From Octopus sinensis (lineage: Eukaryota), in the NCBI RefSeq assembly GCF_006345805.1, contig NC_042997.1, forward strand, positions 57,660,001 to 57,724,000: a DNA stretch of 64,000 bases, written 5' to 3'. The notes below the pieces were generated by a model. The model saw only the letters and a program-made list of their open reading frames with translations, was not told the origin of the DNA and did no database searches. Position numbers and translations under genes: made by a program. Below are positions 1 to 14,759 of this stretch, one piece after another. Within the stretch, counting starts at the first letter, position 1; each line of letters begins with the position of its first letter.

Positions 1-1799
1 TGCTTTATGATTGTGCTATTTCATATTTTTCTTTTACCAAGTTATCTAATGAAGTTAGTCAACATTTCCAATGAGAACCTATACAATAAAACAGGCCTAG
101 AACTAACAAGAAAGCCTCTTTATTGTCACTCAAGGAAAGATATATATGGATAATGCATTCCATGACACACTGTGCTCGAAGAAATATATGGGATGGTCAT
201 AGCTGATTTGGGGTTAAACACCAGCAGCAGCAGCAAGATGCCTCAGGAGCATCTCTGGAAAGTAAGATGTATATAAGATGTCTGAGATGTGCAGTCAAGA
301 TTACACAGGAAAGAATTAGATCTGGAAAGTAATAGAGAAATTAACCGAAGACCATGTAGTATCATGCCATGACAGAAGAGCCATTGCATGGGAGAGGGGA
401 GTAGGTGAAGAAAGATGATTTCAGCCTTATGCTTCACTAAGAATGAAATTATCTAAGGGAAATGCTAAACTAAAGGATGGACAAATAAGAAAAAAAGGAC
501 TTCAATAGCAATAACAAGATTGTTGTTAATGGTTAACTTCAGTACACTGAATAAGGATCTGATTCAAATGTATAAGTTATCAAGTATGTGAGGGGTCCTT
601 TGATCAAGTGATTGGCTTTCTTCTAAGTGCAGTTTAGAATACTAGAGATCAAAGATGAAATAACATCCAAGATTTGCAAACAATATTTTATTGAAGAACA
701 TACTTAGGCACTCTTAAGTGCTAAGAACAATTCAAAAAGTTATTTTACTCACAAGATATCTAGAAATGTGGCAAATGACATGAGGGTAAGCTGTTGAAAT
801 ACTGGACTAGACAGTCATGAGATCAGGCTTAAGTTGCCATAGACTCCTGAATAAGGTTCATAACACTGCTTCAGCTTGCCTAACTGAAAAGAAAAGAGAC
901 CTACCCCCCATTTCTACTTCATAGTTGAGAGAACAATTGGAAAGGTATTCAACTGCAAAAATAATTGTTCTATGTAAGCATGTAAAGATGGCTATAAAAT
1001 TTCTATTAGATGACACATACAGCCAAATTTTGTCGCACAGTGGTAAAATTGGTTGAATTAACCATAATATACAGACCTTGGAGGAAGGAAAGCAGAGTCA
1101 AATTCTATGTGATATGAACTCAGAACAAATTAGATACAATAATGCATTGAGTCTCATAGTGTAAGCCAGATCCACTGCTGCCTAAGGCTAGACTATCTTT
1201 GTGAATAGATATAAATGCTTTTCAAGTAAACAGAACCATATACTTTTGAAGAAATATTTGGTTGCTCAAAATCAACTTCTTAGCCTTACCAATAAAACAT
1301 GGTGGGAAGTATAGTAAAACAGTGGAGAATGATGATCTAACTCAATTTCTCAGTAAGCTAGTAGTAGTGTTTATAACATAAGCCCTACAGTAAAACAAAG
1401 ACCAAGATTGCAATAGGATATAAGTGAAGTTTATATCATTTTTTAACATCTATTTTCCATGTTGGAATTAGCTGGACATGACTACAGTATGGCAAATCAC
1501 TCATTTCAATTCCTGCATCATCTCATCATGTGACCCAGCAACATGAGATCTGACACTGCACTGCTATTCCTTTCCTTGTCTTCCTCTACTGCAGACACTT
1601 TTTGATATTAGTGTACAAGTTAATGAGGAAGCCTCTATATATCACTTGACATCCTAAAAATAGCAACCAAATTTTCCTCAAATCACTGTCATTAAAAAAG
1701 AAGCAGCAAGGCCACATAAGACAATATGGTCTTCAAATATATACCAAATGATCATAGATGGAACGCTTTTGATCAATCAGGACAAATCTCACGCACAGC

Positions 1800-2250
1800 A
1801 ACAATAACAACAATTGTTAGTACTACTCTTTTCCTCTAGCAATCATTGTCCATTCACATCTCTTGCTCAAGTCAGCACAGTCAAGTATCCTTCATATAAT
1901 AGCTGATGCTTTTATTGCTCAGATGCATTCTCAGCTCACTTATGCACTGGCTTTTGTGCAAGTTAATGTCATATCCAATGGTTTATATTGCACTCATTTC
2001 ACTTCAACTTTTACAGATATTTTACATTCAGAGTCTATATTTCATTAATATCTAGTATCATGCTTCTTCAACATGCTTCATGTTGTCTGTATTTTACATG
2101 GAGAGTGTTCACTGAATTTCTTCCATATGTTTGATAGTTTAGCTCCCAAAAATTCATTCCAATGTCTAATTTTTAAAGTCATCAAATATTTTTTTTTATT
2201 GAGCCCAAGAAGGATGAGAAGCATTGCCTGTAACATGTGGAAACTAGACT
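1800..2250 (-). mobile_element. Degraded RTE-clade LINE 3' ORF fragment
   Basis: Minus-strand remnants resembling WKKF..LL / ETW.L / SELR.KL of the RTE reverse transcriptase C-terminus. Confidence 0.5.
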
Positions 2251-4524
2251 CAAACAATGGAAATTAAGAGAAGAGGGAGAAAACATAAACTAGAAATGTA
2301 AGAGAGAAATTTCATCAAAAATGCCTATGAATTCCTAAGTATATAAAATGTTGGCTTGGATCTGGTTTCTACAGTGTTAAACAAATAAAAAAAAAAAAAA
2401 AATTTGTAATAGGATGCCAGCTTAACATAGGTAATGCCCTCTCTCAAATGAGTCCTGATGCCTTTTCCCTAGCAAAGTGAACTGAAAATTATATAATTAT
2501 ATCTCCTATCTACAGATGAAAAGATACCTGAAATTGAGTTTGAATACTGAATCAAAAAATAGCTGGTAACATAATAGCTGGAGCAGATATTGATTTATTT
2601 CACATTGCTCTTTTACCACCTCTCATTGTAACTTATAGATTTTAGCCTGGTATTTCACAGAAACTCAAAAAGACTTTACCCCAAACTTTTCACTGTGATA
2701 TTCATATTGTTAATACTTACTTCTAATTCTGGTATTACTTTATTACTTTAGCTACTAATATCCTTTATGAGCTTTGTGCTATGGCTGAATGTTTTCATTT
2801 TAGCAATTATAAATTATTAATAACATGTAGTTTTAATATTTTCGTTTTGCATTTAAATATTCATTTTAGTAAATGTCAGTCATTTTAACACTATAAATGC
2901 GTGTGCATGGGGTTGACATTAACCAATCATTGCTAGTATATATTTAGTGAACGTGAAACTGGTGACAGAGATAGTCAAATACATAAAGACAGGCAAAGAG
3001 CCAGTGGAATAGACAAGAGGTCCAGTGCACATATGCTCCCCCCATACACACACACACACACATATACAGATTGTTAGATCATTGTTGTATGAATTAATAA
3101 CTTAATTTATGAACAATTAGCTATTATATAGATCGATATAATGGGTATAACTCATTTTCTATATTTAATAATTGTTATTCACTTTAGACTTAAGTGGTTC
3201 ATGTGGAACAACAAGTGAAACCACCTGTCTTTACATTAACAAACAATTAGAATGAAAGGTACAAATTATAAGATACAGTCTATCGCTCTTAATGACATTT
3301 CTCTTTCATATTGTCAGGAATGATCTCAATGTCAATAATTTCTCTAAGATAAGTTCATTATATGTTTATTACTTAAGTTGGTTATTCTCTAAAGCAGTTT
3401 CAGTGTTTATTTTACTGAGCTCTCTCAGAGTTGAAAAACTGTGTCATTTTAAATGGGATTTGAAAAACTGAAATATAAGCTCTAAATGTGAATCAATTTC
3501 AGTGCTTTAATTCCTATAATTAAGTTATCTTGGCTGTCATCTCACCTATTTTGCTATTTATATTCCATTGAAACAAAATATAACTCTGATACCTTTTTGA
3601 TGTGAAGCCATAAGCTGTTGTATGACTGGGTTCAATTTTTTGGAAAGCCACATGGCTATTTATCTACTTACTAAACCTAATTATGACTGAGTGGATAAAA
3701 ATTTAAGTCCTTGAGTTCATAATATGCCGGAGTTACTTTGTATCTTTGGACAAAGCCTTTAAGTCTATTTTCTGGGCAAAAGCTTATCAAGAAATTTTAG
3801 TAAGAAGTACATAGACAAATAAGATATAGGACTTCCAAATTCAAGATTCTTTTTACTTCAAACCCTGCCAGAACATGGTGATATATTTTTCACATTTATA
3901 CACAAACACTTCTATCACACAGCTGAGCCATGCCATTTATTGGTAATAATAATTTTTTTCTTTTGATGTAATGATGATTCTAGCAAAAACAATACCTTCA
4001 TATAGAATAGCTTTCTATCTAGAGTGAATTTATACTTCATTCACCTAGTGCCATAAAACCTAAGCTAAACATTAACCCTTAGAAGCCACAAGTAACATAG
4101 GGAGTATTTTTGGCATTTAGTATAAAACATACACACCAGAGTTCAATATCAGTTAACTCACTAAATTCAAATTCTGTTGTGTTGTCATCTTTGTTTAATT
4201 AATTCAGAATATTGAGCATGTCTGTCTTCTTTGTGGTTGGGGACTTTGAAAACCTTTGATCATATAAAAATAGAGTGGAAAGCAAACACATGTAATATAC
4301 CAGGACAACTACACCACATGTCAAACAATCAATCGCTGTATATCATAATGTACAATGAAACTCAATGCCAAGAGCAGATTTAAGCATAAATTTTCAAGAA
4401 TTGTAGAGCTGGATGTACTTCACAAATGTTTAACTTTTTATTCTCATATTTGGAAAGCTAGAGTTACTATACAACAGCAAAAACATGTTAATATTGTGAC
4501 ACAATTATAACAGTTATAACAATA

Positions 4525-4740
4525 TTGGTTTCAAATTTTGACACAAGACCAGTAAGTTATGGGAAGGAGCTAAGTCAATTACATCGGCCCCATTGCTCAA
4601 CTAGTACTTATTTTATTAACCTCAGAAGGATGAAAGGCAAAGTTGACCTTGGAAGAATTTGAGCACAGAGCGTAAAGATGGATGAAATGCCACTAAGCAT
4701 TTTGCTCAGCATGTTAACAATTCTGCCAGATCACCGCCTT
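4525..4740 (-). mobile_element. SINE (gagctggcagaat..gttagca family); related copies near 12905-13290 and 24008-24230
   Basis: Shared motifs ctggcagaattgttagc, ttcaaatt, aaagttgaccttgg and tttgaaacca across copies. Confidence 0.65.
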
Positions 4741-5490
4741 ACAGTTATATCAATAGTAACAATAAATAGAAGTACGATACTGTCGTTAATGTGATTTATA
4801 AAAAGTTGATATCTCTCTCTCTCACAAACACACTCAATTGTAAGTTTATAATGAAGTAAGAGTAAAGGCTCATATATCAACTGTACTAAGCTACAATTAT
4901 TCAGCTTGTCACAGTATATATTAAGTGTGTTATTCTGTAAACAACTTTAACTGTGGAATGAAATAAAAAGACAAATGAAATCCTTAACATAATGAAACAA
5001 GTTTGAGTGTTATACTTTCAACTATCTTAACAATATAATAAAATCAAACTCTTTTTAATATAGTGAAATATTTATTAATGTTATGTTTTATTCAAGTTTA
5101 ATTGTGCATCAAAATATAAAAGAAAATTATAAAATATTGAATTTCAAAAGATCTTTCCAATATATTTATCGTTCTTTAAGGTAAAGAGGTTATGGTCCTC
5201 ATCAAATTCAGTTTGCAATTTGGTTGTTCTTTCTATTTCATTACTTGGTTGTCTTTAATAAATTTCCTAATGCTTGTGCAAAAGAATAAAACACACAACT
5301 TTTAGTTCCCCATCTATAACTATTCATTTTATATGAGAATCTATTATTTTGTATACTGTCATCTTCTAGAAAGAGTAACAAACAAATTTCTTTGCAGCAT
5401 TTAGTTATGTCTCTTTAGATTCTGACTTCAAATCACACTAAAGTTGGATAAAATGAGTAACGTTTATGTACGGGAAATATCTTTACATAT

Positions 5491-5880
5491 AGGTGCAGCC
5501 ATGGCTATGTGATGAAGCTCACTTTTCAGTCACATGGTTTTGGGTTCGGTTCTCTTGCATGACACCTTAGGCAAGCGTCTTCTACTATAACTCCAGGTAA
5601 ACCAATGCCTTGAGTGAATTTGGTAGATGGAAACTGTGGAAGCCCATTTTGTGTGTGTGTGTGAGTGCATGCATGCATGTGTCTTCATGTTTGTCCCCCA
5701 CCACTGTCTGACAATGAATGTTGGTTTGTTTACATCCCTCTAAGTGGTTAATCAAAAGAGACTGATGGATACCAGAAAACTTTAAAATATGTACTGGAGT
5801 TGATTTGTTCAAGTAAACCCCTCAAGGTGATACTCCAACATGATCATAGTCTACTGACTGAAACAAGTAAAAGATAAAAG
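5491..5880 (+). mobile_element. tRNA-derived SINE; related copies near 8895-9230, 10205-10600 and 14345-14700
   Basis: tggctgtgtggtaagaag head, B-box-like ggttcagt, gtgagtggatttggtagatggaaactg body and tgactgaaacaagtaaaagat tail; compare 45391-45783. Confidence 0.7.
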
Positions 5881-8289
5881 ATGAACTTATCCATTTTTCA
5901 AACAAATAATGTAGCCTTCGTATTAGGCTACTTCTACTATCTTAATTAGTACAGTGCCTCATATTTCTACACTTAAATCCATCCAGGATTAACTTTACCA
6001 GAAATACAATGAAACAAAATTCAACTAAAGCCTTCTCCTCATTACAAAAAGAATTCTGAGCTTATTTTTTTTTAAATGGGAAATGTAAAGAAAAGCATTA
6101 CCCTAAATGTTATTTAGACATTAAACATTAATATAAACAGCTGTCAGAACTGAAACATAGATATCCATTATTCATGTTCAACACTCAATGGAAATATCAT
6201 CTTACTAGACAATGCTTATTTTAAGTATGTGTTTGGCAATAAATGTGTAAAAATTAACACAGTCGTCACTTAGATTATTAAGTTACTGTAATTGTCATCT
6301 TCCTCCAGTAAGAAGACTGTGTTCATTTGTTTAATGTTAGCCAGCAGCTGAATTAGTCAACAGCTGTATCTGAAATATATTTAATTGTTTATGTTTAATA
6401 GATAACACCATGTTGTGAGATTACTTAGAGGCAATGATAATATTAGTGATAAAAAAAGATTGCAGGTTGTTACATGAGATTCTACATCCATTGTTCTTTT
6501 GGCTTGAGTAGGATAGTTCTGCAATTTTGTGAATGAATCATTATAAGTGATCCAGAGTAGAAAGTAAGCAACTAGCAGTGGTTCTGTAACCTAGTCTAGA
6601 CACCTTGCTTAAATTATCTACTTGGAATGCCATGAATGTCACAACATCCATTTCTTTTCAATCAAAGTCAGTAGATCTTCTCAATTATTAATAGATATCT
6701 GATTACAAATTTTTATAGTGATTTGCAGCTGAGTATACTAAATAGATAACCTAATGTATCCTTTACCTAGGGATACATCACAATAGCTATGGAAGATTTG
6801 AACTCATAACCTTGTAGTCAATGGCTCCCAAATTACTCAACCATTTTATATCCATTTCCCCATAAAAGTAAGTGTGAAATGGCTTTACAAATTTGGTTAT
6901 ATCTTAACTCTTTAGCCTTTAAACCAGCCATTTCCAGCCAAAATAATCTACCTGTTTTATCTTCAAACTGACCAGATTCAGCTTCTCACACTTACCTTAC
7001 AATATTATTCTAAAAATAAACAATCAAGTCATTGAAATCTCACAGCTACAACGTAATGCATGACTGATTCATATCAAAGTGAATAAATAAGCATTTCATT
7101 TGACAGAGAAATCTGAATGCTAAAGGGTTAATGATTTAGCGAAGCAGATGCATTTGTAGCAAAATATTTAGTCAAATATAAGCTGAGAGTAGCACATCTT
7201 AGTGGTAAGTTTCAACAAAGTAACTGCCACAGTCTTAGAAATGTTTTAGAATATTTCCTTTATTTACATAAATACCAAAAGTTTTCTTTACAGAAAACTG
7301 GCAAATTATTTTACTCCTATTACAGAAAAGAAATTACCATGTATTCTTTAGATACTTAGAAGAATATATTTTCCTTACAACATTTGGAATATTTTCTTTG
7401 GTGGTTGATATAAATCCGTAAATGTAGTGGGGCATTGTTTCTGATAAGTAAAGCAAACATGACGGAATAACTAAATGAAAATGTCAATACCTATTTATTA
7501 ATTAACTCACATGGAGTATTCATTCTTTGGTTTGAATAGATCACTAATATAGCAAGTTACTAAGTAAATATAAAGCTCCTAAATTTAGTATAAAAGTTGT
7601 CAAGTAGTTATTGACAAACATAAGCATCTCTCAAGATTCCTAAACATTCTGTGATCATTAGAAAGTTGATGTATCAATCCTATGGTTCACAGTTAGCCAA
7701 ATGACTTAGCACAGCCTGCAACTTTATTGTTCCAGTTACTAAATTTAAATGTGAGTGAACTGATAGTATTATCAGTTAAAGTTATCAGATCACTCTCGTA
7801 TTCCTCATTAATTAATTTTGATAAAAATGACTGATTGGCAAGTATGCTGGATCACTAATACAATGATGACATTCAATGCATGTTTTATCATCTTTCAATG
7901 ATGGACACGTTTTGGTGAAAGAAATCAGTTTTATCCCTACTACTTAAACATAACTGTTACAGTAAAATAAAGACCATAACAATTTTACTATCTCCAACCT
8001 TGTTTAAAGTGCCTACCAACAGACAATCAAAAGGACTGGTAATTAACATGACTTGCTACCATACATAAACAGATATGATTTTTTTTTTCTCTATATCAAC
8101 GTTTGTGCTACACTGCCTTCAAATGGCAAATACTAATTAGTTAAAATCAATTCATGATATGTCAACCTGTCAAATCATTCCACATAATTAAACATCTGTT
8201 GTTGAAATAACCCCACTGAAGACGTTTCCAAACAAGAACTCACCTGGAGGCAGGTGTTATTGGGATTTACAGGAGTTGACAGGCATTAA

Positions 8290-8500
8290 CCCTTTTGTTA
8301 CACTATTTCAGTTGAAAGATATTGCCCTTGTTTTAATTAAATTTGACTAGAAAGAAGAATTTAGTAAGATAACTTTGTCATTATTTCACTGGTGTTTGGG
8401 ACATAAATTAACGTGAAATTTTAATGGAAGGTCACTCTAAAACATGAAGCTTGTATCATAGAACCAGGGGATGGTTTCAGGCATGTTGGTATCAAAAGGG
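8290..8500. mobile_element. piggyBac-like MITE
   Basis: TIRs ccttttgttac / gtatcaaaaggg; TTAA on the left, TTTT on the right. Confidence 0.6.
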
Positions 8501-9704
8501 TTTTCCTTACAAGTTTAATGTCTGTCCTTGTACAATACCTTTTAACTAAATCAAAATTATATCTTAAGTACCTACCCCAAGCTTTCTTCAGCCTCATGTA
8601 CCCTACTCTCATTAAGACTTAACAACCTTTTCTTGTGATTTCTCTTGGTCTATTTTTCCTTTTATAGCTGAAGTTGTAATGTTTGACTTATCTCACGTTA
8701 ACTCTTATACTTACCAACTTCTGCTTCTTGTTTTATTTCCTACTAAATTCCCACTATTACTAACAGGGTCAGTAGTAGAAGAGTGAAGGTGAGAGAGTAT
8801 ATGAGTGGAAGGGATGAATCAGATTGGCATCTTGTATTAAAGATGTAACTGAATTTAGAACTACCTCTGTCGGGTGAATAATATGATATAGGCACATGCG
8901 CAGCTGTGTGGTAAGAAGTTTTTCTTCCTAATCATATGGTCACAAGTTCACTTCCAGTGTACAGCATCTTGGGCCAGTGTCTTCTACAATAGCCCCAGAA
9001 TAACCAATGTCTTGTGAGTGGATTTGATAGATGGAAACTCAAATAAGCCATGCATGCATGCATAAGTATGTATGTATAAGTATGTGTATCACTGACTCCT
9101 TGACTTGACTTCATATGATACTTATAAATGTCACCATCATGCAAGCGGTATCCTTCGTTTCTAATTTTCTGTGAAAATATGTCTGGTCATGGGTTATGTT
9201 ACCTCATTTAAAAACTGGTAAGGGCTAGTCATAGGAAAGGCATGTGGCTGTTGAAAAGTGAAAGTTAAACAATGATGATGAAGTACCAGGTTGAAAAATT
9301 TTAAAAGAAAGAACAAAGAAGTGACAAATACAAATACAAATACAGAAATATATCTAAAATGGGCTTCCACAGAGTTCTACCTATTAAATTCACTCATAAG
9401 TCATTGGTCAACCTGGGGCTATAATAGGTGAAACTTGCCTAAGGTGCAGTACAGTGGGACTGAACCTGAAGTTATGTGGTTGCAAACCGAGCTTCTTAAA
9501 ACAGTGTCACATCTCTTTACACCAAAAAGTAACTTATGAATTTGATAAATAGAAATTGATAAAATAAGAACAAGTCTAAAATAAGTACTGAACTGATAAG
9601 TACCAAGGTTGGTATGATCAACTAATACCCCTTTGAAGAAGGTACCCCAGTTCAATGACTGAAACTGAAACTGATAAAAGAATTAAAGAATACATAATGT
9701 ACAC

Positions 9705-9912
9705 TAGTGGTTCTCAACTGGGGTCCACATGGCCCTTGGAGGTCCATATAAGATTTTGTTGCAAAAATTGGTTATATTTCTAGAATACACAAAATTCTAA
9801 CAATTTTTTTAACACAATTCCCAATATTTAATTATAAAAATATGACAGGATTTTTTAAAACATTGAATGGGTATAAGGGTCCAGTAGAATAAAAAATGGT
9901 TGAGGAACACTG
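9705..9912. mobile_element. hAT-type MITE
   Basis: TIRs tagtggttctcaac / gttgaggaacactg; 8-bp TSD atgtacac / atctacac. Confidence 0.8.
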
Positions 9913-11060
9913 ATCTACACAAAAGAATCAAACGAAACAAATGAAAAAAATTACTGAAGTGTGGTAAAATCAAAGACTAAGTTGGTTAATGCACTAAATG
10001 TCTTTCAGTGGAACACATTTAATCTAGATAACACAAGTTGCGACACAACACACTTAAAGCAGGTTTTAGACAAATTCATTCAGTCACGACAATAAAAAAT
10101 AACTAAAGAAACTTTGTTAACAGGAAATACCACAGTAATTGTTAGGCCAATGAGGGAGAGAGAGAGAAAAAGAAGGGGGAAGAGAGAGCAAGAGTGAGTG
10201 AGTGAGATTGCTGTGTGGTTAAGAAGTTTTCCCAACCACATGGTTTCGAGTTCAGTCTCACTTTGAGGAAACTTGGGCATGTTCCTTTTGTGAGTGGATT
10301 TAGTAAGCGAAAACTGAGAGAAGCCCATTGTGTGTGTGTGTGTGTGTCAGTGAATATGTATAAATATGTGTAAGTGTGTATGTTTATATGCATGTGAGTG
10401 AGTGTGCCATCTCCTTGTTTTGATATCACCTAAGAGTTGTAAGAGGGTGTCACTGTCACATAAGCAGGGTCTTCATTTCCAACATTGCTTGTAAACATGT
10501 CTGGCTGTGGGGAAATATTGCCTTGCTTGTAAACATGTCTGGCTGTGGGGAAATATTGCCTTGCTTGGAAACAGGTGAAAGTTGGCAACAGGAAAATGAC
10601 CACATGCAAACATTATTTAGTAAATCAGGATTTGATTCTTACAGACATGTAAATTATTCTACCAAACCTCTGTGAGGCACAGTCACCATGGCCGTGTTTT
10701 GTTCAGAAATTTCAAATCTCAAATCAACTTGAGTTGAAGACATTCAGCTACTTCAACTCGAGTTGCAACTCTGGACTTTTGTTGAGGCAATCAAAACAAT
10801 GTGAATCAGGATTTCATATAATAAACATTAATCCTTTTTAATTTGATAACAGCATTGATTTCTTTATGAATAAGCACAGAGTCAAAGTTGACATGAACTT
10901 AGAGACTTTATATAGTTCATTCTTTTATATTTTAAGTTCAAGTGTTTTTGAGGTCTGAAATTGAGTCAACAATTGGTACATATAGCTCAGCACATTTAAC
11001 CATTTCACCTAGAGGTGCCCAGTTTTGAAGAAGACTAGTGAGAACCTTTACCCACCAGAT

Positions 11061-11293
11061 TAGTAGTTCTCAATTGGGATTCATATAAGATTTTGTTGTT
11101 AAAATTTATGTGCAATAAACTAGTTATACTTTTACAGTACACAGAATATTTTAATTTTCTTATACAATTCCTAATATTTAATTATAAAAATACAAGATTT
11201 TTTTTAAAAGCATTGAATGGCTATGTAGGTCCAGTAGAGTATAAAATAGGAATCAAAAGAGTCCATAGGCAAAAAAATAGTTGAGAACCACTG
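11061..11293. mobile_element. hAT-type MITE, same family as 9705-9912
   Basis: TIRs tagtagttctcaa / ttgagaaccactg; 8-bp TSD caccagat / cactagat; internal similarity to the first copy. Confidence 0.8.
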
Positions 11294-13766
11294 CACTAGA
11301 TGATATATCAATTATTAAAAGAACATTAAATCACAACTAATCAGACGAACACTTGTTTCAGTTGTTTCTACTCTCTGTTGAAAGACAAAAGCCTGAAATA
11401 TCAGACTTTCTTCTTTGCATGACACCTAAACTTATTAACATTCCACAACTGTCAATCTGAGTAACTGTTGCTGATGCAGATCCTCTCCAGTTCTTGGATT
11501 CTAGATTCTACCTTATTCTTAATAATAGGGCTGAAACAAGATAAGATATATTAATGAACCTACAATTGGTGTGGAATAATCATCATCATTGTTTTAATGT
11601 TCACTTTTCCAGGCTCACATGGGTTAGAAGGGATCTGTCAAGGCAGATTTTCTATGACAAGATACCCCTACTGTCATCAACCCTCACCTATTTGCAAGTA
11701 ATCTTTTACTTGTTTCAGTCATTTGACTGCCTTGATGGGTTTTAGTGAAACAAATTGACCCCAGGACTTGTATTTTTAAGCCTAACTGCTAATTTTTGGG
11801 GATATAAACACACCAACACCAGTTGTCAAGCAGTGGTAGCAGGACAAACACAGACACAAAGACATGTCTACCAACTCCACTCACAAGGCTTTGGTTGAAC
11901 CAGTGTAGTAAGTGCCATACAGTAGGACTGAACACAGAACCAAGTGGTTGGGCAGCAAATTTCTTACCACACAGACAGCCATGCTCAGTACCTAAAACAG
12001 CAAAATTAAGACAAACTTCTAGAACAAAATGAACTTAAGATTATAGTAAAGTTTAGAGTTGTGTGTCTATACAACAAAATACAACCTTAATGATAGTGGT
12101 ATTAACTTTATAGCAAAATTGACTGAATCAAGTAATATATATTGTACTATGCAAAACTCTGAGAGATGGAAGAAGAAATTGAAGAAGTTAAACAAGACAT
12201 TGTTTTAGTAACCCAGACAAAACATTATTTTAGTAACCTGAATATGAGCAGTGGCCTATCAACAAGAAAGATGACAATAAGGTAAGGTAATAAATCACAT
12301 AATCTTTAGTTTCCATCATACAGATCATTACTGTAGATTGAGGAGCTGGCTGAAGTAATACAGAAAAATGTAAACAGCTTAAATTACAATTTAAAAAGCA
12401 GAAACATAAAGAAAAAGAAGTGACATCAGCAAAATGTAATAAGGATGTGATACGATATAATTTGACCTGGGTTTTACCTATTCTGTCACTAGTACTATTA
12501 TTAGCTGTGTCAGGGTATGTATATTTCTTTTATTCTATATACATTAATACTTCCACTATAACTAAAATTGAAATAGCTTTATTTTCAAATAACCTGAATT
12601 TCTTTCATAAAGATCCATAAAATAACTCAGTACCAATGTAATATAATGGGCTGCAAATCACTAAATACAAAATATAAATCAGTTTCACCTAAAGCAATCT
12701 CAAGTAAGTGGTTTCAAATATAAGTGTCATATTGTACTATGTTTGAGCAGTTATTTATAATTTTACATGAAATTAACTGAATGGTCAAACTCTTGACATT
12801 AAACTGATAGCTATCATACATAGTTGATCAGCATGTAAAATGCATGCAACTATTAGCATAACAATTTCCCAGAAGCAAACTGGTTTAGTTCCTTTCATTA
12901 TTCAAGGTGATGAGCTGGCAGAATTATTAGTATGCCAACCAAAATGCTTAGTGGCATTTCATTTGTTTATATGTTCTGTGTTCAAATTCCACTGAGTCAA
13001 CTTTACTTTTCAATTTTTTGAGATCAATAAATTAAGTACTAGTTGAACACTGAGGACAATGTAACTGACTTACTCCTCCCCTCAAAAACTGATGGCAAAA
13101 ATTTGAAACTAAACTGGTAAAAAGAATAGTGTTGGCTTGCTGTGTTCTGAGTTCAAATCCTACCAAGGTCATCTTTGCCTTGCATCCTTTTGAGGCTGAT
13201 AAAATGATGTACCAAGTAGGGTTCAATGGCATCATCTAACCCCTCCCCTTAAAATTGCTGGCCTTGTACCTAAATTAGAAACAGTTATTCAAAGAGCAAC
13301 CAACACTATTTGCAATGTTGATTCCTGCATCAATTGTCAAATCACAATCTTTATTTCAATGAGCCTGAAATATCATTCAAAGCTTGAGAGATTGTATTCT
13401 GCATTTTATTCACTATCAATAGAAACTGACAAGTCCAGAGAAAGATTCTAAGTGCATTTTATCCTTTGGTGGTTTTACATCCATAATTCTTGTTACTAAA
13501 TAATTATTTGGTGACATATCCACCTTTGCCAGTGTATATTTCCAAAATGACAATTACTTTAGTCTCCACCAGACTTAGTTCAATTGATAACCATAACTGA
13601 TAATTTCAACCTTTCTTTGGTCTTATTTACCTTGATATATAGTCTTTCAATAGCTTTAGTACTAATACATAATCATCTTTATAAATTATCAATCTCATTT
13701 TCAATGACAGACTCAACTGCTCTCTGAAGGCATAGTGCTTGCTGTGTTTAACTCAATGTCCATTTA

Positions 13767-13984
13767 CAGTAATCCCTCACCATATCGTGGTTCACCTATC
13801 GCAGTTTATTATTTAAGCTTACATTGATTCCTCCATGGTGTTGTTTTGCATTTATAATAAAATAAATATATACAAATTATAAAAATAATAAAAAAAATAT
13901 ACAGTACTGTTTATACTTTGCAGATTTTCACCTATCACGGGGAGGGGGGTCAACATAACATCCACGATAGTCGAGGGATTACTG
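13767..13984. mobile_element. pogo/Tigger-like MITE
   Basis: TIRs cagtaatccctcaccatatcgtgg / ccacgatagtcgagggattactg, flanked by TA on both sides. Confidence 0.75.
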
Positions 13985-14759
13985 TACTCCACTATCACTT
14001 AGCATTCTAGAAAGGCTTGGTGATATAAGTGAAAGCAAGGAAAAAGATTTCATTAAGGTGTAAAAGCAATGGATGAGTACCAGAGGAAGTGAGAGACACA
14101 CATTATAACACATTACTGCAGAAACTGTCAATGTGACTGTCATGGTAAATATTACTCAAAAATTCTTATAAAAGAAGCTTCTTGTGGGTTGAACAACAAT
14201 TTTATGTTTTCTTTTGAATCACTAAAGATTTTAATGCAGTGCACTGTAAATTTCCATTCTGTAATAAACTGATTTATTAACATATGGTCATTTTAATATA
14301 TTAATAGCATTATTATTTTTGTAATATATTTTTATAGTCATAGACATGGCTGTGTGGTAAGAAGTTTGCTTTCCAACCACATAGTTTTGGGTTCACTCCC
14401 ACTGCAAGTTCTAAGCCAACCAAAGTCTCATGAGTAGATTTGGAAGCCTGTAATATATATTTGTGTTACTGTCTCCTTGCCTTGATACATGGTAGTTATA
14501 AGTGAGCGTCACTAACATGCAAGTGGTGTCATTTTTTCAAATCTTTCCTGAAAATATATCTCATCACATAGAAATATTACTTTACTAGGAAACAGGTGAG
14601 AATTGGTGACAAGAAAGGCATCCAGCTATGAAAAATCTGCCTCTATAAATTCTGTCTGACCCATGAAAACACGAGAAAATGGATGTTAAAACAACAATGA
14701 TGATGATCATTTTTGTATTACAATTGCAGATCAATATTTAATTAGAGCTGATATGGCAA

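Noticed and set aside
5050-5400. Coding-looking minus-strand stretch (QPSNEIERTTKLQTEFDEDHNLFTLKNDKY)
   Set aside because: Multiple stops, short, unassignable; not enough to call a pseudogene
8715-8759. 45-nt minus-strand micro-exon candidate (branch ctgac, ttag acceptor, GTAAGT donor)
   Set aside because: It starts with TAA in the phase set by RILPL exon 1, and the open frame (NSGNLVGNKTRSRS) is not RILPL-like
11435-11530. Minus-strand acceptor followed by PIIKNKVESRIQELERICISNSYSD*
   Set aside because: Wrong phase for RILPL exon 2 (phase 0 gives a stop at codon 4); no family similarity
12166-12281. Plus-strand ATG-to-GTAAG segment MEEEIEEVKQDIVLVTQ...
   Set aside because: No downstream partner exons or homology; compatible with chance in purine-rich DNA
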